Shown here: piece after piece, positions 43,095 through 52,927 of the stretch | Numbering within the stretch: the first letter of the stretch is position 1 | How the letters are laid out: each line of letters begins with the position of its first letter | Assembly: GCA_019694655.1 (NCBI GenBank) | Contig: JAIBBN010000004.1 | Span: 146,348 to 210,347, forward strand | Direction: 5' to 3' | DNA from: Leptospirales bacterium | GTDB taxonomy: Bacteria; Spirochaetota; Leptospiria; Leptospirales; Leptonemataceae | Length of the DNA stretch: 64,000 nt | Program-made: the position numbers and the translations under genes | Notes under the pieces: model-generated | The model's input: the letters and a program-made list of their open reading frames with translations, nothing else | Told to the model about the DNA's origin: nothing | Database searches by the model: none

Positions 43095-45099
43095 CCAGGA
43101 TCTGGCCGGCGCCCAGACGACCGCCGCTGAAGTCAATCCGGCGGCAGATTCGCCGTCCACGCGTTCGCCGCAAGATTCAGTCCTGGTGCAAAATCTGGAG
43201 CTGCCCAACTGGCAGGGCGACGATTACGCTCCACAGATCAGTCCCGACGGGCGCTTTCTGGTCTTTCAATCGGATCGCCCCGGCCGATTCGAGAATCACA
43301 ATCTCTGGTACTCCGAAAACAAGAACGCTGCCGATCGTCTGGGCCCCGCGGACTGGACCATCCCTGCGCCCCTGGCCCTGCCGCTGGAGGAACGTCCCTC
43401 GCCGACGATGCGCATAACAAGGCCCATTGGATCGCTGGAAGATCCGGCCGGCGCGTTTTCGCCCAACACCAACGGATTCGACGGTATGGCTTCGCTGGTC
43501 TATCGCAACGGCCAGCCGGTGGAGATCTATTTTACGGCAAGCGCCGACGGCCAGAACGGGCGAGTCGGCCAGGCCGGAATGAATCTCTATTTTTCGCGCT
43601 ATCGCGATCAACGATGGAGTGAAGTGCGCGAGATCCAGGAAGTCAGCAGCGATTTCGATGATCGCATGCCCTTTGTTTCGCAGGATGGGAAGCGGCTTTA
43701 CTTCAGCTCCAATCGACCCGGCGGGCAGGGCGGCTACGATCTGTGGTACAGCGAGCGAGATCTCAGCAGCGGCCTGTGGTCGCGTCCGGTGAATGCCGGA
43801 CCGGCGGTCAATACGCGCTTCCATGAAATTTCCCCGCAACTGGATCCGCAAGGTCGCCAGCTTTTCTTTTCTTCCGATCGGCCTGGCGGGCTTGGCAGTT
43901 ATGACCTTTACGTCAGTCGCTGGTCGGAGGATTCATGGGGCGCTCCACAGAATCTGGGCGAACCCTTCAACAGTAGCCGCGATGAGGAGTATTTCAGCAT
44001 TCCGGCGGACGGTCTCTGGGCCTATTTTGCCAGCGATCGTCGCTTTGATCGAGCGCGCGGTGAATTTGATCTGTATCGCGTGACCTTGCCGGAGTACTTG
44101 CGGACTCCGACGGCAGTCCTCTTCAGCGCGCAAATCCTGGATGGCGTCACGCGCCGCGCGCTTGGCGTAGCGGCAACTGTGCGAATCATCGGCGGCGCTC
44201 AAGAAATGGTGGAACGCAGTCGGATCATGCGACGCGACCCGGGCGATGAAGAAGTGAACAACTTCAGTCAGCGACTGGCCAGCGGCCGCATCTATCGTCT
44301 GGTTTTTTCGGCGCCCGGTTACGCTCCACAGGAACTCAGTCTGGACTACCGCGGCAACCTGCCAGCCGAGGCTCTGGACCGTCGCGTAATTCTGCTGCGA
44401 CCGCTTGAAACGCAAAATCCGGACGGCGGCGCAGAAACTCAACCGCCCGGCGCCGCCGAGGAGCAGCTGATCGAGGGGCGCGTGGTCGACGCCAGCAACA
44501 ACCTCCCGCTGCCCGGGGCCAGGGTCTTGCTGGCAATGGCCGGCAAGCCGCCCGCCGAAGTGCGCATTGGTCGCGAGGGCGAATTCAGACTGCGCATTGC
44601 GGCAGGGCAGCAGTTCCGCCTGGATGCAAGCGCTATCGACTTCAGGCCGCGCAGCGAGTCCTACCGTGCCACTCCCGATTTACGTCGCATCATTCTTGCG
44701 CTGCAACCGCTTGGCGGCGGCGGGCCGCCCTGTCCAGGCGAGGCGCCCGAGTGTCTCGATAATCTGCGCGTTTATTTTGACATCAACAGTAGCGCCCTTC
44801 GACCAGCCGAGCAGCGGGCGCTTGATGCGGTGGTGCGCATTATGAAGGCCCATCCGGAAGTGCGCATTGAGATTCGCGGCCATACCGACCATACCAACAC
44901 CCAGGAATACAACCAGCGCCTTTCGGAGAGCCGGGCGCGGAGCGTGCTGGAGTATTTGCTTCGTGCTGGACTGGCCCCGGAGCGGTTAGCGCAGACCGGC
45001 CGCAGTTTTCTGGAGCCGGCCGTCACGCCGGAGTCAGGAGTTCGCGAAAGATCGCAAAATCGCAGGGTAGAATTTCGTCGAATACTTGAGAATCCTTGA
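42967..45099 (+). CDS. OmpA-family protein with TolB-type PD40/WD40-like repeats
   Basis: PD40 repeats 'PQISPDGRFLVFQSDRPG..NLWYS', 'PFVSQDGKRLYFSSNRPGGQGGYDLWYS' and 'PQLDPQGRQLFFSSDRPGGLGSYDLYVS'. C-terminal OmpA-like 'VYFDINSSALRPAEQRALDAVVRIMKAHPEVRIEIRGHTDHTNTQEYNQRLSESRARSV'. The start is uncertain (42967, 42988 or 43048). Confidence 0.8.
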   Translation: MRSLKGGVSTWRRRLAARRLAQWTIAAMLLLAQWLPAQPAAHNQDLAGAQTTAAEVNPAADSPSTRSPQDSVLVQNLELPNWQGDDYAPQISPDGRFLVFQSDRPGRFENHNLWYSENKNAADRLGPADWTIPAPLALPLEERPSPTMRITRPIGSLEDPAGAFSPNTNGFDGMASLVYRNGQPVEIYFTASADGQNGRVGQAGMNLYFSRYRDQRWSEVREIQEVSSDFDDRMPFVSQDGKRLYFSSNRPGGQGGYDLWYSERDLSSGLWSRPVNAGPAVNTRFHEISPQLDPQGRQLFFSSDRPGGLGSYDLYVSRWSEDSWGAPQNLGEPFNSSRDEEYFSIPADGLWAYFASDRRFDRARGEFDLYRVTLPEYLRTPTAVLFSAQILDGVTRRALGVAATVRIIGGAQEMVERSRIMRRDPGDEEVNNFSQRLASGRIYRLVFSAPGYAPQELSLDYRGNLPAEALDRRVILLRPLETQNPDGGAETQPPGAAEEQLIEGRVVDASNNLPLPGARVLLAMAGKPPAEVRIGREGEFRLRIAAGQQFRLDASAIDFRPRSESYRATPDLRRIILALQPLGGGGPPCPGEAPECLDNLRVYFDINSSALRPAEQRALDAVVRIMKAHPEVRIEIRGHTDHTNTQEYNQRLSESRARSVLEYLLRAGLAPERLAQTGRSFLEPAVTPESGVRERSQNRRVEFRRILENP

Positions 45100-45241
45100 G
45101 GCTCCTCGCCGCCGGTCGGCCGGGCATCTACCGTAAAGGCTTGAAATTTTACGGGGGAAGCTCAGGCTAACTGGATTAGCGGGATCCGCGGTCCGGCCTG
45201 GCGGCTGACGCTGCGGGGGGAGTCTCGATCGAGGCTATTGA

Positions 45242-46417
45242 ATGGTCACAGCAGGCGCTAGCAAACTGGACGTGCTCCTGGAGAAGGATCGGGAGTGGGA
45301 CTTTGTCAAGGAGAAGGATCGCATATTGTTTGTACTGCGCGAGCGCCTGCAAGCGGCGCGCTTCTATCTGAAGCATACCGATCCGCCGGCCGAGTTTTAT
45401 CGCGGCGAGGCCTCGGGCGAAGGCTTCATCTTTCATTGTTCGCCGGAGCTTGAGCTGGATGGGCGTATTACGCTCTATACAACCCAGAAGCGTCAGATTG
45501 AGATCGACTTTGAAGTCGGCGCCAAGCCAGAACCAGGCGCCGTGGAGTTGACGCCAGTCGAGGCGCGGATCGGCAAGATCGAACGCTCTTATCCGCGCGC
45601 CTTGATTTCCAACGGCGCCATTCACGCCGCTAATTTCCAGATTTCCAAGAGTGAAATCACGGTCGATCCAACCCGGCCGCAGGTAGCCAACAAGGTAGTC
45701 TATGCTGAGTTTGAACGTCAGCTGGGCCAGCACATCCCGGGCATCAAGATCTATGAGTTTGCGCAGAAGGATCGCCCCGACGAAACTCTCTTGTTGAACA
45801 AGAAGACCGAGGGCATCTTCATAGCCGAGACAGGCGACACGGAAAGCTGGCGGGGACGGGCGCCGGGTTGCCTGGATTACTTTGCGTTGCTGGAAGATGA
45901 GGAAAAGGGCCTGGCCGATCGCAAACGGCGTCAGTATACAGACCGCTCCATCCAATCATTGTTAGCCCTTCCCATTCTTTACGAAATGCCCGACGGACGT
46001 CAGCAACCGATCGCCTTTTTCTACTGTGAGACGCGCCGCGGCCTGGCAGCGCTTACGCCGGCGGCCGTCAGTCGCCTGCAAGATGCTAACAAGGATATCA
46101 TCGATCGCATTGAAGACGCAAATCTGATTACGGTAAAGGACAAGCAGACGGTGGTAAACATCAGCGAGGGCGGCGTGGCCCTGGAACTGACCAATGCTGA
46201 ATTGCTGAAGTATTTGCCCCACCGCCGTACGGTTACCTTCGATCTTGTGTTTCGCATGCAGGCCCCGCTGCGTTTTCGCGGCGCCGTGTGCCATATCCAC
46301 CGCAGTACGCCGCAATCAATGGTGGTCGGCGTCAACCTCGAGGGATCCGGCCACAGCGACTTTCGCAAGGGGGTCCGCGAAAGACTGAAGAGCCTGGTCA
46401 GCATGCTCAAGGGCTAA
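45242..46417 (+). CDS. PilZ-domain (c-di-GMP receptor-type) protein
   Basis: 391 aa. C-terminal 'VVNISEGGVALELTN...VTFDLVFRMQAPLRFRGAVCHIHRS' contains the PilZ (D/N)xSxxG signature and a beta-barrel pattern. The N-terminal domain is not recognised (possibly DUF1577-like). Confidence 0.65.
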   Translation: MVTAGASKLDVLLEKDREWDFVKEKDRILFVLRERLQAARFYLKHTDPPAEFYRGEASGEGFIFHCSPELELDGRITLYTTQKRQIEIDFEVGAKPEPGAVELTPVEARIGKIERSYPRALISNGAIHAANFQISKSEITVDPTRPQVANKVVYAEFERQLGQHIPGIKIYEFAQKDRPDETLLLNKKTEGIFIAETGDTESWRGRAPGCLDYFALLEDEEKGLADRKRRQYTDRSIQSLLALPILYEMPDGRQQPIAFFYCETRRGLAALTPAAVSRLQDANKDIIDRIEDANLITVKDKQTVVNISEGGVALELTNAELLKYLPHRRTVTFDLVFRMQAPLRFRGAVCHIHRSTPQSMVVGVNLEGSGHSDFRKGVRERLKSLVSMLKG

Positions 46418-46470
46418 TCTGCCGGGCGCTGCCTGCGAATTGATTTGCCGGCAAATCGCGCGCAGACAGA

Positions 46471-47817
46471 TTGTCCGCGTTCATGGCGCTTTCCACCAAA
46501 CCCTACATTGGCTCGCGTGACTTTTACCCCGAGCAGATGGAGTTCCGCAACTGGATGTTCGGCGTACAGCGCCAGGTCTGTCGCAGCTACGGCTTCGAGG
46601 AGTATGCGGCGCCGTTGCTTGAACCGCTGGATCTCTACCGCGCCAAATCTTCGGAAGAAATCGTAAGCGAACAGCTCTACCGATTTGTGGATCGCGGCGA
46701 GCGCGAGGTGGCCATTCGGCCGGAGCTCACCCCCAGTCTGGCGCGTATGGTCGCCGCCAGGCTGCAGGAATTGCCGCGTCCGCTGCGCTGGTTCAACATT
46801 GGGAATTTCATGCGCTACGAGCGGCCTGGTCGGGGAAGGCTTCGCGAATTCTTCCAGTTGAATGTCGATTTGCTGGGTTCGACATCGCCGCTGGCCGATC
46901 TCGAGTTGATTACGCTGGCAGTGGATTTGCTGCGGGCCTATGGGGCCCAGCCACAAAGCTACCAATTGCGCTATAGCGACCGACGCCTGCTGGATAGCTG
47001 GCTCAGCACTGTTGATGTCGATATGCGGCGCGCCATAGGTCGACTGATCGACAAGCGCGACAAGATTGGCGGGCCAGCCTTTGAGGAGCAGCTGCAGGCG
47101 CTATGCAACGATCCCGGACTCTGCGAATCGGTGCAGCAACTGCTGGCGCTCAAGAGCGAGGAGCTGCCGGCGCTGGCCGCCGCCGGGCGCGTCGACGCTA
47201 AGGCCGCCGAGCTGCTGGCCTGGCTGCCAGGCGAGCTGCAGCGCCGCGGCTACGGCGACGAATGCCGCTTTGATCCGGCAATCGTGCGCGGTTTTGACTA
47301 CTACACCGGCTTCATCTTTGAACTCTACGACTTGCATCCCGACAACAATCGGGCGCTCTTTGGCGGCGGTCGCTACGACCGTCTGGTCGGCATGTTTGGC
47401 AAGGAGGAGCTGCCGGCGGTTGGGTTTGGCATGGGCGACGTTACCCTGGAGAATTTTCTGCGCAGCCGCCAGCTGGTTCCGGACTTCGCGCTGCGACGTC
47501 AGGGCGCTTATCTTGTGATGATGGGTTCGGAGCTGGCCGGCGAGCTTGGCCGCCTGGCCTTTGAATTGCGCAGCGCCGGTCTGGAGGCCGAGATTGCTCT
47601 GGAAAGCACAAAGAAGCTGGGCCGACAGCTGGAGACTGCCGATCGAAAGAAGCGTCGCTTTGCCTTGATCCTTGGCGAGGAAGAGCTGCAGAAGGATGTC
47701 GTTCGAGTGAAGGACTTCGACCGCGGCGATCAGGCCGACTGCCCGCGTTCCGGCCTGGTCGAATTCTTGCGGGAGCGACAGGCGCCGGGTGCGGCCAGAG
47801 TCGAACCGAAGTCCTGA
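46471..47817 (+). CDS. hisS: histidine--tRNA ligase
   Basis: Class II motif 2 'MRYERPGRGRLREFFQLNVDLLG' and motif 3 'AVGFGMGDVTLENFL' are present, as is a C-terminal anticodon-binding domain ('RFALILGEEELQKDVVRVKD'). An alternative start at 46483 is possible. Confidence 0.93.
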   Translation: MSAFMALSTKPYIGSRDFYPEQMEFRNWMFGVQRQVCRSYGFEEYAAPLLEPLDLYRAKSSEEIVSEQLYRFVDRGEREVAIRPELTPSLARMVAARLQELPRPLRWFNIGNFMRYERPGRGRLREFFQLNVDLLGSTSPLADLELITLAVDLLRAYGAQPQSYQLRYSDRRLLDSWLSTVDVDMRRAIGRLIDKRDKIGGPAFEEQLQALCNDPGLCESVQQLLALKSEELPALAAAGRVDAKAAELLAWLPGELQRRGYGDECRFDPAIVRGFDYYTGFIFELYDLHPDNNRALFGGGRYDRLVGMFGKEELPAVGFGMGDVTLENFLRSRQLVPDFALRRQGAYLVMMGSELAGELGRLAFELRSAGLEAEIALESTKKLGRQLETADRKKRRFALILGEEELQKDVVRVKDFDRGDQADCPRSGLVEFLRERQAPGAARVEPKS

Positions 47818-47876
47818 CCGGCGGACGACACAAATTGATTTGACCCGGCCAGGGCGGGGACTCGGCTCAGGCGCAA

Positions 47877-49445
47877 ATGTGGCGTCGCAATGTCGTCTTC
47901 TTCCTGGCAATCCTTTGCTTGCCAGGCGCCTTACTGGCCGAAGGAGGCGAGCATCCGCATACGCCGATTTCAGTTTTCTGGGTGGCGCCCTTTGCCTTGA
48001 TGCTTCTGGCAATTGCCGTTGTTCCGATGATCCACGCCCATTTCTGGGAGAAGAACCTGTGGTGGATCTCGCTGGGCATTTTTGCTGCGCCAATGGCTGC
48101 GGCCCTGGCCACGGTGCTGCGCGATCCGCTGGGCGAATTGGCCATTGAGAAAGCCGAAGAATACATATCTTTTATTCTGCTGCTTGGCAGTCTATTTGTG
48201 ATTTCTGGCGGCATCCTTGTAACAGGCAAGATTCGTGGAACGCCTTCGGTCAACACGCTCTTCCTGCTCTTTGGCACAGTGCTGGCCAGTTTTGTAGGCA
48301 CGACCGGCGCATCGATGCTCTTGATTCGACCGCTGTTGCGCGCCCTGCAGGAGCGGCGCAGAAAGGCGCATGTCATAGTATTCTTTATCTTTCTGGTAAG
48401 CAATGTCGGCGGGCTGCTGACCCCGCTGGGCGATCCGCCGCTGTTCCTGGGCTATCTGTCTGGCGTTCCGTTTGAATGGACTTTACGACTGTTCCCGCAA
48501 TGGGCGCTGGCCTCTGGCATTCTACTTACGCTTTTTTTCTTTCTCGATTTCTACATCTACCGGCGCGACGGCCATGCACATTTTGATACGGGACCATTGC
48601 TGGAAAGCGAGCTGGAAGTGCTGCGCAGCGAAGTCGATGATAGCATCGAGCGTCTGGACATTCCTAAATTGCGCGAAGGACCAGGCGTCAGCCTGAAGAT
48701 GTTGTTACGAGTTCGCGAGACGCTGCTGCGCACGCGCGAGGCCCTTGAGCACCTTGCTGCCGAACGGCGCGGCGGAGGATTGCGCATTCGCGGCGGCCTG
48801 CAATTCTTGCTGCTGGTCGGCGTGGTTGCCGGAATCTACGGGCAGGGTCTGCTAAAAAAGGCCTTCCCCGACTGGTGGCCGTCCTTTGGACCGCAGGAGT
48901 TGTGGATGCTGTTGCTGGCTGGCGTTTCGTTGTTGGTCGCTCCAGTGAAGGGCGATCTGCGTACGCGCAACGGTTTCAGCTTTGGTCCAATCAAGGAAGT
49001 GGCGCTGTTGTTTGCCGGAATCTTTGCCACAATGATTCCCTCGCTCTATATTCTGGAGAGCCATGGCGCGAGCCTGGGTTTAAAAAGCGAATGGCAATTC
49101 TTCTGGGTCACGGGAGCGCTTTCTTCTTTTCTGGACAACGCACCGACTTATCTGACCTTTCTGGCGGTGGCCAAGGGTCTGGCGGCAAGCGCCGGGCTGC
49201 CAAACGACCTTGGATTCGTGCTCAATGACGGCGGCCATTTGACGGCAGGCCTGCTGGCGGCCATCTCCACTGGCGCCGTATTCATGGGCGCCAATTCCTA
49301 TATTGGCAATGGACCCAACTTCATGGTACGTGCCATTGCCGAGCAGGAGGATGTCAAGATGCCAAGTTTCTTTGGCTATATGGCCTACTCCGGCGCCATA
49401 CTGATTCCGATCTTCATCCTGTTGACCTTTGTGTTCTTTATATGA
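47877..49445 (+). CDS. ArsB/NhaD-superfamily ion transporter (putative Na+/H+ antiporter or anion permease)
   Basis: 522 aa, about 12 TM segments. A central soluble loop of ~90 aa is present. 'FLVSNVGGLLTPLGDPPLFLGY' and 'SSFLDNAPTYLTFL' are typical of this permease family. Confidence 0.8.
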   Translation: MWRRNVVFFLAILCLPGALLAEGGEHPHTPISVFWVAPFALMLLAIAVVPMIHAHFWEKNLWWISLGIFAAPMAAALATVLRDPLGELAIEKAEEYISFILLLGSLFVISGGILVTGKIRGTPSVNTLFLLFGTVLASFVGTTGASMLLIRPLLRALQERRRKAHVIVFFIFLVSNVGGLLTPLGDPPLFLGYLSGVPFEWTLRLFPQWALASGILLTLFFFLDFYIYRRDGHAHFDTGPLLESELEVLRSEVDDSIERLDIPKLREGPGVSLKMLLRVRETLLRTREALEHLAAERRGGGLRIRGGLQFLLLVGVVAGIYGQGLLKKAFPDWWPSFGPQELWMLLLAGVSLLVAPVKGDLRTRNGFSFGPIKEVALLFAGIFATMIPSLYILESHGASLGLKSEWQFFWVTGALSSFLDNAPTYLTFLAVAKGLAASAGLPNDLGFVLNDGGHLTAGLLAAISTGAVFMGANSYIGNGPNFMVRAIAEQEDVKMPSFFGYMAYSGAILIPIFILLTFVFFI

Positions 49446-49558
49446 TGCGCCGTTCTCCCGGCGCAGCTCTTGCGTCGCAGTCTGCTGCCGCTGCGGCAAG
49501 CGCGCCCGATACCTAAAAAAGCGCTGGCCCCGTCGCGCATTTCATCGAATCTGCCAGC

Positions 49559-50350
49559 GTGCTGGCGGTGCGTATCATTCCCTGTCTGGATGTAAAGGAC
49601 GGCCGGGTGGTCAAAGGCGTGAACTTCGTCGATCTGCGCGATGCTGGCGATCCTGTTGAGAATGCGCGCTTTTACGCGGAGAGCGGCGCCGATGAGCTTT
49701 GTTTTCTGGACATCACTGCCAGCTCCGATCGGCGCGAAATCGTTCGCGATCTGGTGGAGCGCGTGGCGGAAGAAATCTTCATCCCGTTTACGGTGGGCGG
49801 CGGCATCCGCACAGTGGACGATTGTTACAGTATCCTGCATGCCGGCGCAGACAAGGTCTCGATCAATACGGCGGCTTTCCAGGACCCCCGCTTGCTGGAG
49901 CAGGCTGCCGGAAAATTCGGTTCGCAATGCATCGTTTGCGCCATTGATGTCCGGCGTCGGCAGGGTGCGGATGAGACCATGCAGTTCGAAGTATATTTGC
50001 ATGGCGGTCGCACCGCTACTGGCGTCGATGCCATCGTCTGGGCGCGCGAGGCGGAGCGCCGCGGGGCCGGCGAGATTCTTTTGACCAGCATGGACCGCGA
50101 TGGCGCTCGCAATGGCTACGATCTGGAACTACTGCGCGCCGTGCGCGGGGCGGTGTCCACGCCAGTCATTGCGTCGGGCGGCGCCGGCGAACCGCAGCAC
50201 CTGGTCGAAGCGATCGTCGAGGGCCGCGCCGACGCCGCGCTGGCCGCTTCCATTTTTCATTTTCGAGAGTACACTATTGATCAGGTAAAAGACCAGCTGG
50301 CGGCGCGCGATTTGCCAGTGCGGCGGAGAGAGAATGCAGTTTTTCATTGA
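49559..50350 (+). CDS. hisF: imidazole glycerol phosphate synthase, cyclase subunit
   Basis: GTG start. '[19 protein letters not shown]', 'TVGGGIR', '[15 protein letters not shown]' and 'IASGGAG' are present. Confidence 0.95.
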   Translation: MLAVRIIPCLDVKDGRVVKGVNFVDLRDAGDPVENARFYAESGADELCFLDITASSDRREIVRDLVERVAEEIFIPFTVGGGIRTVDDCYSILHAGADKVSINTAAFQDPRLLEQAAGKFGSQCIVCAIDVRRRQGADETMQFEVYLHGGRTATGVDAIVWAREAERRGAGEILLTSMDRDGARNGYDLELLRAVRGAVSTPVIASGGAGEPQHLVEAIVEGRADAALAASIFHFREYTIDQVKDQLAARDLPVRRRENAVFH

Positions 50351-50618
50351 GCTCGAAAACTTGCTCCGTCGTCGTAAGGCGGAGCTGCCCGAAGGCTCCT
50401 ATACAGCGCGGCTGTTTCGCGAGGGATTGGATCGCATTCTCAAAAAGGTGGGCGAAGAAGCGGGCGAGGTTATTATCGCGGCAAAAAACAATGACCGTGA
50501 GGAATTGATCCACGAAACTGCAGACCTCGTTTTTCACCTGCAGGTAATGCTGGTGGAACGCGGCCTTTCAATCCAGGAGATCGAGGCGGCGTTGCGAAAA
50601 CGCCATGCAGGCGCTTGA
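50334..50618 (+). CDS. hisE: phosphoribosyl-ATP pyrophosphohydrolase
   Basis: 94 aa. '[31 protein letters not shown]...[17 protein letters not shown]' is present. It overlaps the hisF 3' end by 17 nt. Confidence 0.9.
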   Translation: MQFFIELENLLRRRKAELPEGSYTARLFREGLDRILKKVGEEAGEVIIAAKNNDREELIHETADLVFHLQVMLVERGLSIQEIEAALRKRHAGA

Positions 50619-50728
50619 AAGCATCGGGGTCCGCAGATTCAGCTTGATCCTGCGGCAGCGCCGCCAAGCATGACCGCCACAAACTGCAAACGCGCTTTGG
50701 AGCGCGTATTTCCACTGGAGCAAGGCAT

Positions 50729-51712
50729 ATGACTCACCCCCGCGAGGCTCTTTTTCCGGGCGAGAAGGAATTTCCCGTAATTCCAAGCTGCGAGCACTTC
50801 GCCGGCAATGAAAAGATGATCCAAAAGGCGCTGGCGCTGCAGGATGAAAAGGGCCCGGTCTTTGATATCACGCAGGATTGCGAGGACGGAGCGCCTACCG
50901 GTCAGGAAAAAGAACACGCCGAGATGATTGTGCGCATCACTAACTCGGATGCCAACAAGTTCAAGATGGCCGGCGCACGCATCCATGATCCCAGCAGCAA
51001 GCACTGGAAGCAGGACGTCGAAATCCTGGTTAAGGGCGCTGGCGAACGACTGGCCTACCTCACCATCCCCAAGCCGACGGCCGCCGTTCAGGTGAAGGAG
51101 ATGATCGAATATATCCAGGCCACGGCCCAGAAGGCAGGCCTGAAGCGCAGCATACCAATTCACGTGCTTGTGGAAACCCATGGCGCCCTGCGCGAAGTGG
51201 ACCAGATTGCTTCGTTGCCCTGGATGCAGGTGCTGGATTTTGGTCTCATGGATTTTATCTCCGGTCACTTTGGCGCCATTCCGCTTATGAATATGAAAAG
51301 CCCGGGACAGTTCGAACATGAACTGTTGCGTCGAGCAAAAGCGGAAATGGTCTCCACCGCGCTGGCCCACGGGGTAATACCGGCGCACAACGTTACACTG
51401 GATCTGAAAAACTACGAGCAAACCAAAGCGGATGCGAGCCGCGCTCGCTACCAATTTGGCTTCCTGCGTATGTGGTCGATTTATCCGACGCAGATTGACG
51501 CCATAGTTGAGGCAATGAAGCCGGATCACAGCGAGGTAGAAAAGGGCGTGCAGGTCTTACTGAAGGCTCAGGACGCCAATTGGGGGCCCATTCAGCATGA
51601 CGGCGAGCTACACGATCGCGCCACCTACCGCGGCTTCTGGACCCTGGTGCAACGCGCCAAGCTTTCCGGCCAGCCCGTAGGCGCGGCGGCGGATCAGCGC
51701 TGGTTCAGTTAA
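50729..51712 (+). CDS. HpcH/HpaI aldolase / citrate-lyase beta (CitE)-like family protein
   Basis: 327 aa. TIM-barrel lyase pattern with 'DITQDCEDGAP', 'HVLVETHGAL' (metal Glu) and 'VLDFGLMDF' (metal Asp). Substrate is unknown. Confidence 0.8.
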   Translation: MTHPREALFPGEKEFPVIPSCEHFAGNEKMIQKALALQDEKGPVFDITQDCEDGAPTGQEKEHAEMIVRITNSDANKFKMAGARIHDPSSKHWKQDVEILVKGAGERLAYLTIPKPTAAVQVKEMIEYIQATAQKAGLKRSIPIHVLVETHGALREVDQIASLPWMQVLDFGLMDFISGHFGAIPLMNMKSPGQFEHELLRRAKAEMVSTALAHGVIPAHNVTLDLKNYEQTKADASRARYQFGFLRMWSIYPTQIDAIVEAMKPDHSEVEKGVQVLLKAQDANWGPIQHDGELHDRATYRGFWTLVQRAKLSGQPVGAAADQRWFS

Positions 51713-51748
51713 TCCCGCCGTAGACGGGCAATAGTCCCACACTTCGAA

Positions 51749-51795
51749 AAGGGGCGTTTGCTGACTTGACGTCGCAGGCGCCCCTTCCTTGTTTG
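51749..51795 (+). terminator. possible intrinsic terminator after the CitE-like gene
   Basis: AAGGGGCG ... CGCCCCTT (8-bp GC stem, extendable by imperfect pairs in the 22-nt spacer), followed by the T-rich CCTTGTTTG. Confidence 0.4.
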
Positions 51796-51800
51796 CGGGT

Positions 51801-52889
51801 ATGGGCGAGAATATTTTGCAATGGCCGGTCTTCAGCTGGGCCTTTGCCGCCCCGGGCCTCATTTTCATTTTCATTCTACTGGTGATCGTATTTATCAGCA
51901 GGCTGCGCTACTTGAAAGAGGGCCAGCGTAAAGCGCTGTGGCTGAGCCTGGCCAAATTTGCAGTAAAACGCAAGCTGACGCCAGGCGAACTTTCGTTGCT
52001 CAAGCATTTCTATGATCATTTGACGGAAGAAGAACAGGACGAAGCGATGCATAGCAAGCGCAAGCTGCATGCGCGCCTCCATGACTACCTTGCCCATCAC
52101 AGCCAGATTCCCGCGCGAGAACGCGTGCAGATGATGGACAAGCTTTTTCCCGAAATTGACTTTCACATGGAAGTGAAGTCGATCAACGATGTGCAGCTTG
52201 GCGAACTGTGCAGCGCCGAGTTTGAAGAGCACCGCATGCTTGGCGCAATCGTAAAGAAATCGGATGGCGCCTTATTTGTTTCGCTTCCAGATTGGCGTCC
52301 CCATCATGACTACGCTGGCGTAGCGGCGCGCCTCTATTTTTTCCGGCTGAACATTGGCGGATTCTTGATGGATGGGTCTCTGCAACGCGCCTCGCCCGGC
52401 GGCGTCGTTTTTGAACCCAGCGGCGCTGTAGAGTTCCTGGGCGAAAGGCATCTGATGATGCAGATCTCAATTCCGGCGCTCTTTACAGCGTGGTCCGTGG
52501 AGGCCCATGGGCCGGTGCAGGTTGCAGCGCCGCCGCAGGAATCGGGCAGCGCGGCCAGTGCAGCGGGCGCGGATGCGACGGCTGCCCCGCCCGCTGCCAG
52601 TTTGCCTTTGCAATTTCAAGGCGTCACCGATCGCGTTTCCGATCGGGCGCTGGTCTTTGTCATCAATCGTCCCTCTTCGGCAATTGAGCAGTTGCTCCAT
52701 CGCTATGAGGTGTGGGAAGGCGATCTGGAACTGCCTGGCGGCTTCCGATTGCGCTGCCTGGGAAAGATTACGCGCGCCCCCGGTCCGGACCGCTTTCTGT
52801 TTCGCTATCTGAATTTAAGCGAGGCGGCCAGGAACGTTCTCTGGCAGACCATCCAGACGCACAATCCGGAGCGTGAAAAGCTGCTCTGA
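51801..52889 (+). CDS. hypothetical membrane-anchored protein (possible PilZ-like C-terminal barrel, unverified)
   Basis: The ATG 12 nt inside ORF 51789..52889 (whose first codon is TTG) gives an N-terminal TM segment 'FAAPGLIFIFILLVIVFISRL'. An Ala/Pro-rich linker follows. No signature motif was confirmed. Confidence 0.5.
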   Translation: MGENILQWPVFSWAFAAPGLIFIFILLVIVFISRLRYLKEGQRKALWLSLAKFAVKRKLTPGELSLLKHFYDHLTEEEQDEAMHSKRKLHARLHDYLAHHSQIPARERVQMMDKLFPEIDFHMEVKSINDVQLGELCSAEFEEHRMLGAIVKKSDGALFVSLPDWRPHHDYAGVAARLYFFRLNIGGFLMDGSLQRASPGGVVFEPSGAVEFLGERHLMMQISIPALFTAWSVEAHGPVQVAAPPQESGSAASAAGADATAAPPAASLPLQFQGVTDRVSDRALVFVINRPSSAIEQLLHRYEVWEGDLELPGGFRLRCLGKITRAPGPDRFLFRYLNLSEAARNVLWQTIQTHNPEREKLL

Positions 52890-52927
52890 AAGGAACGTCG
52901 AATCGGACCCGGGCATGGCACAGGCAA

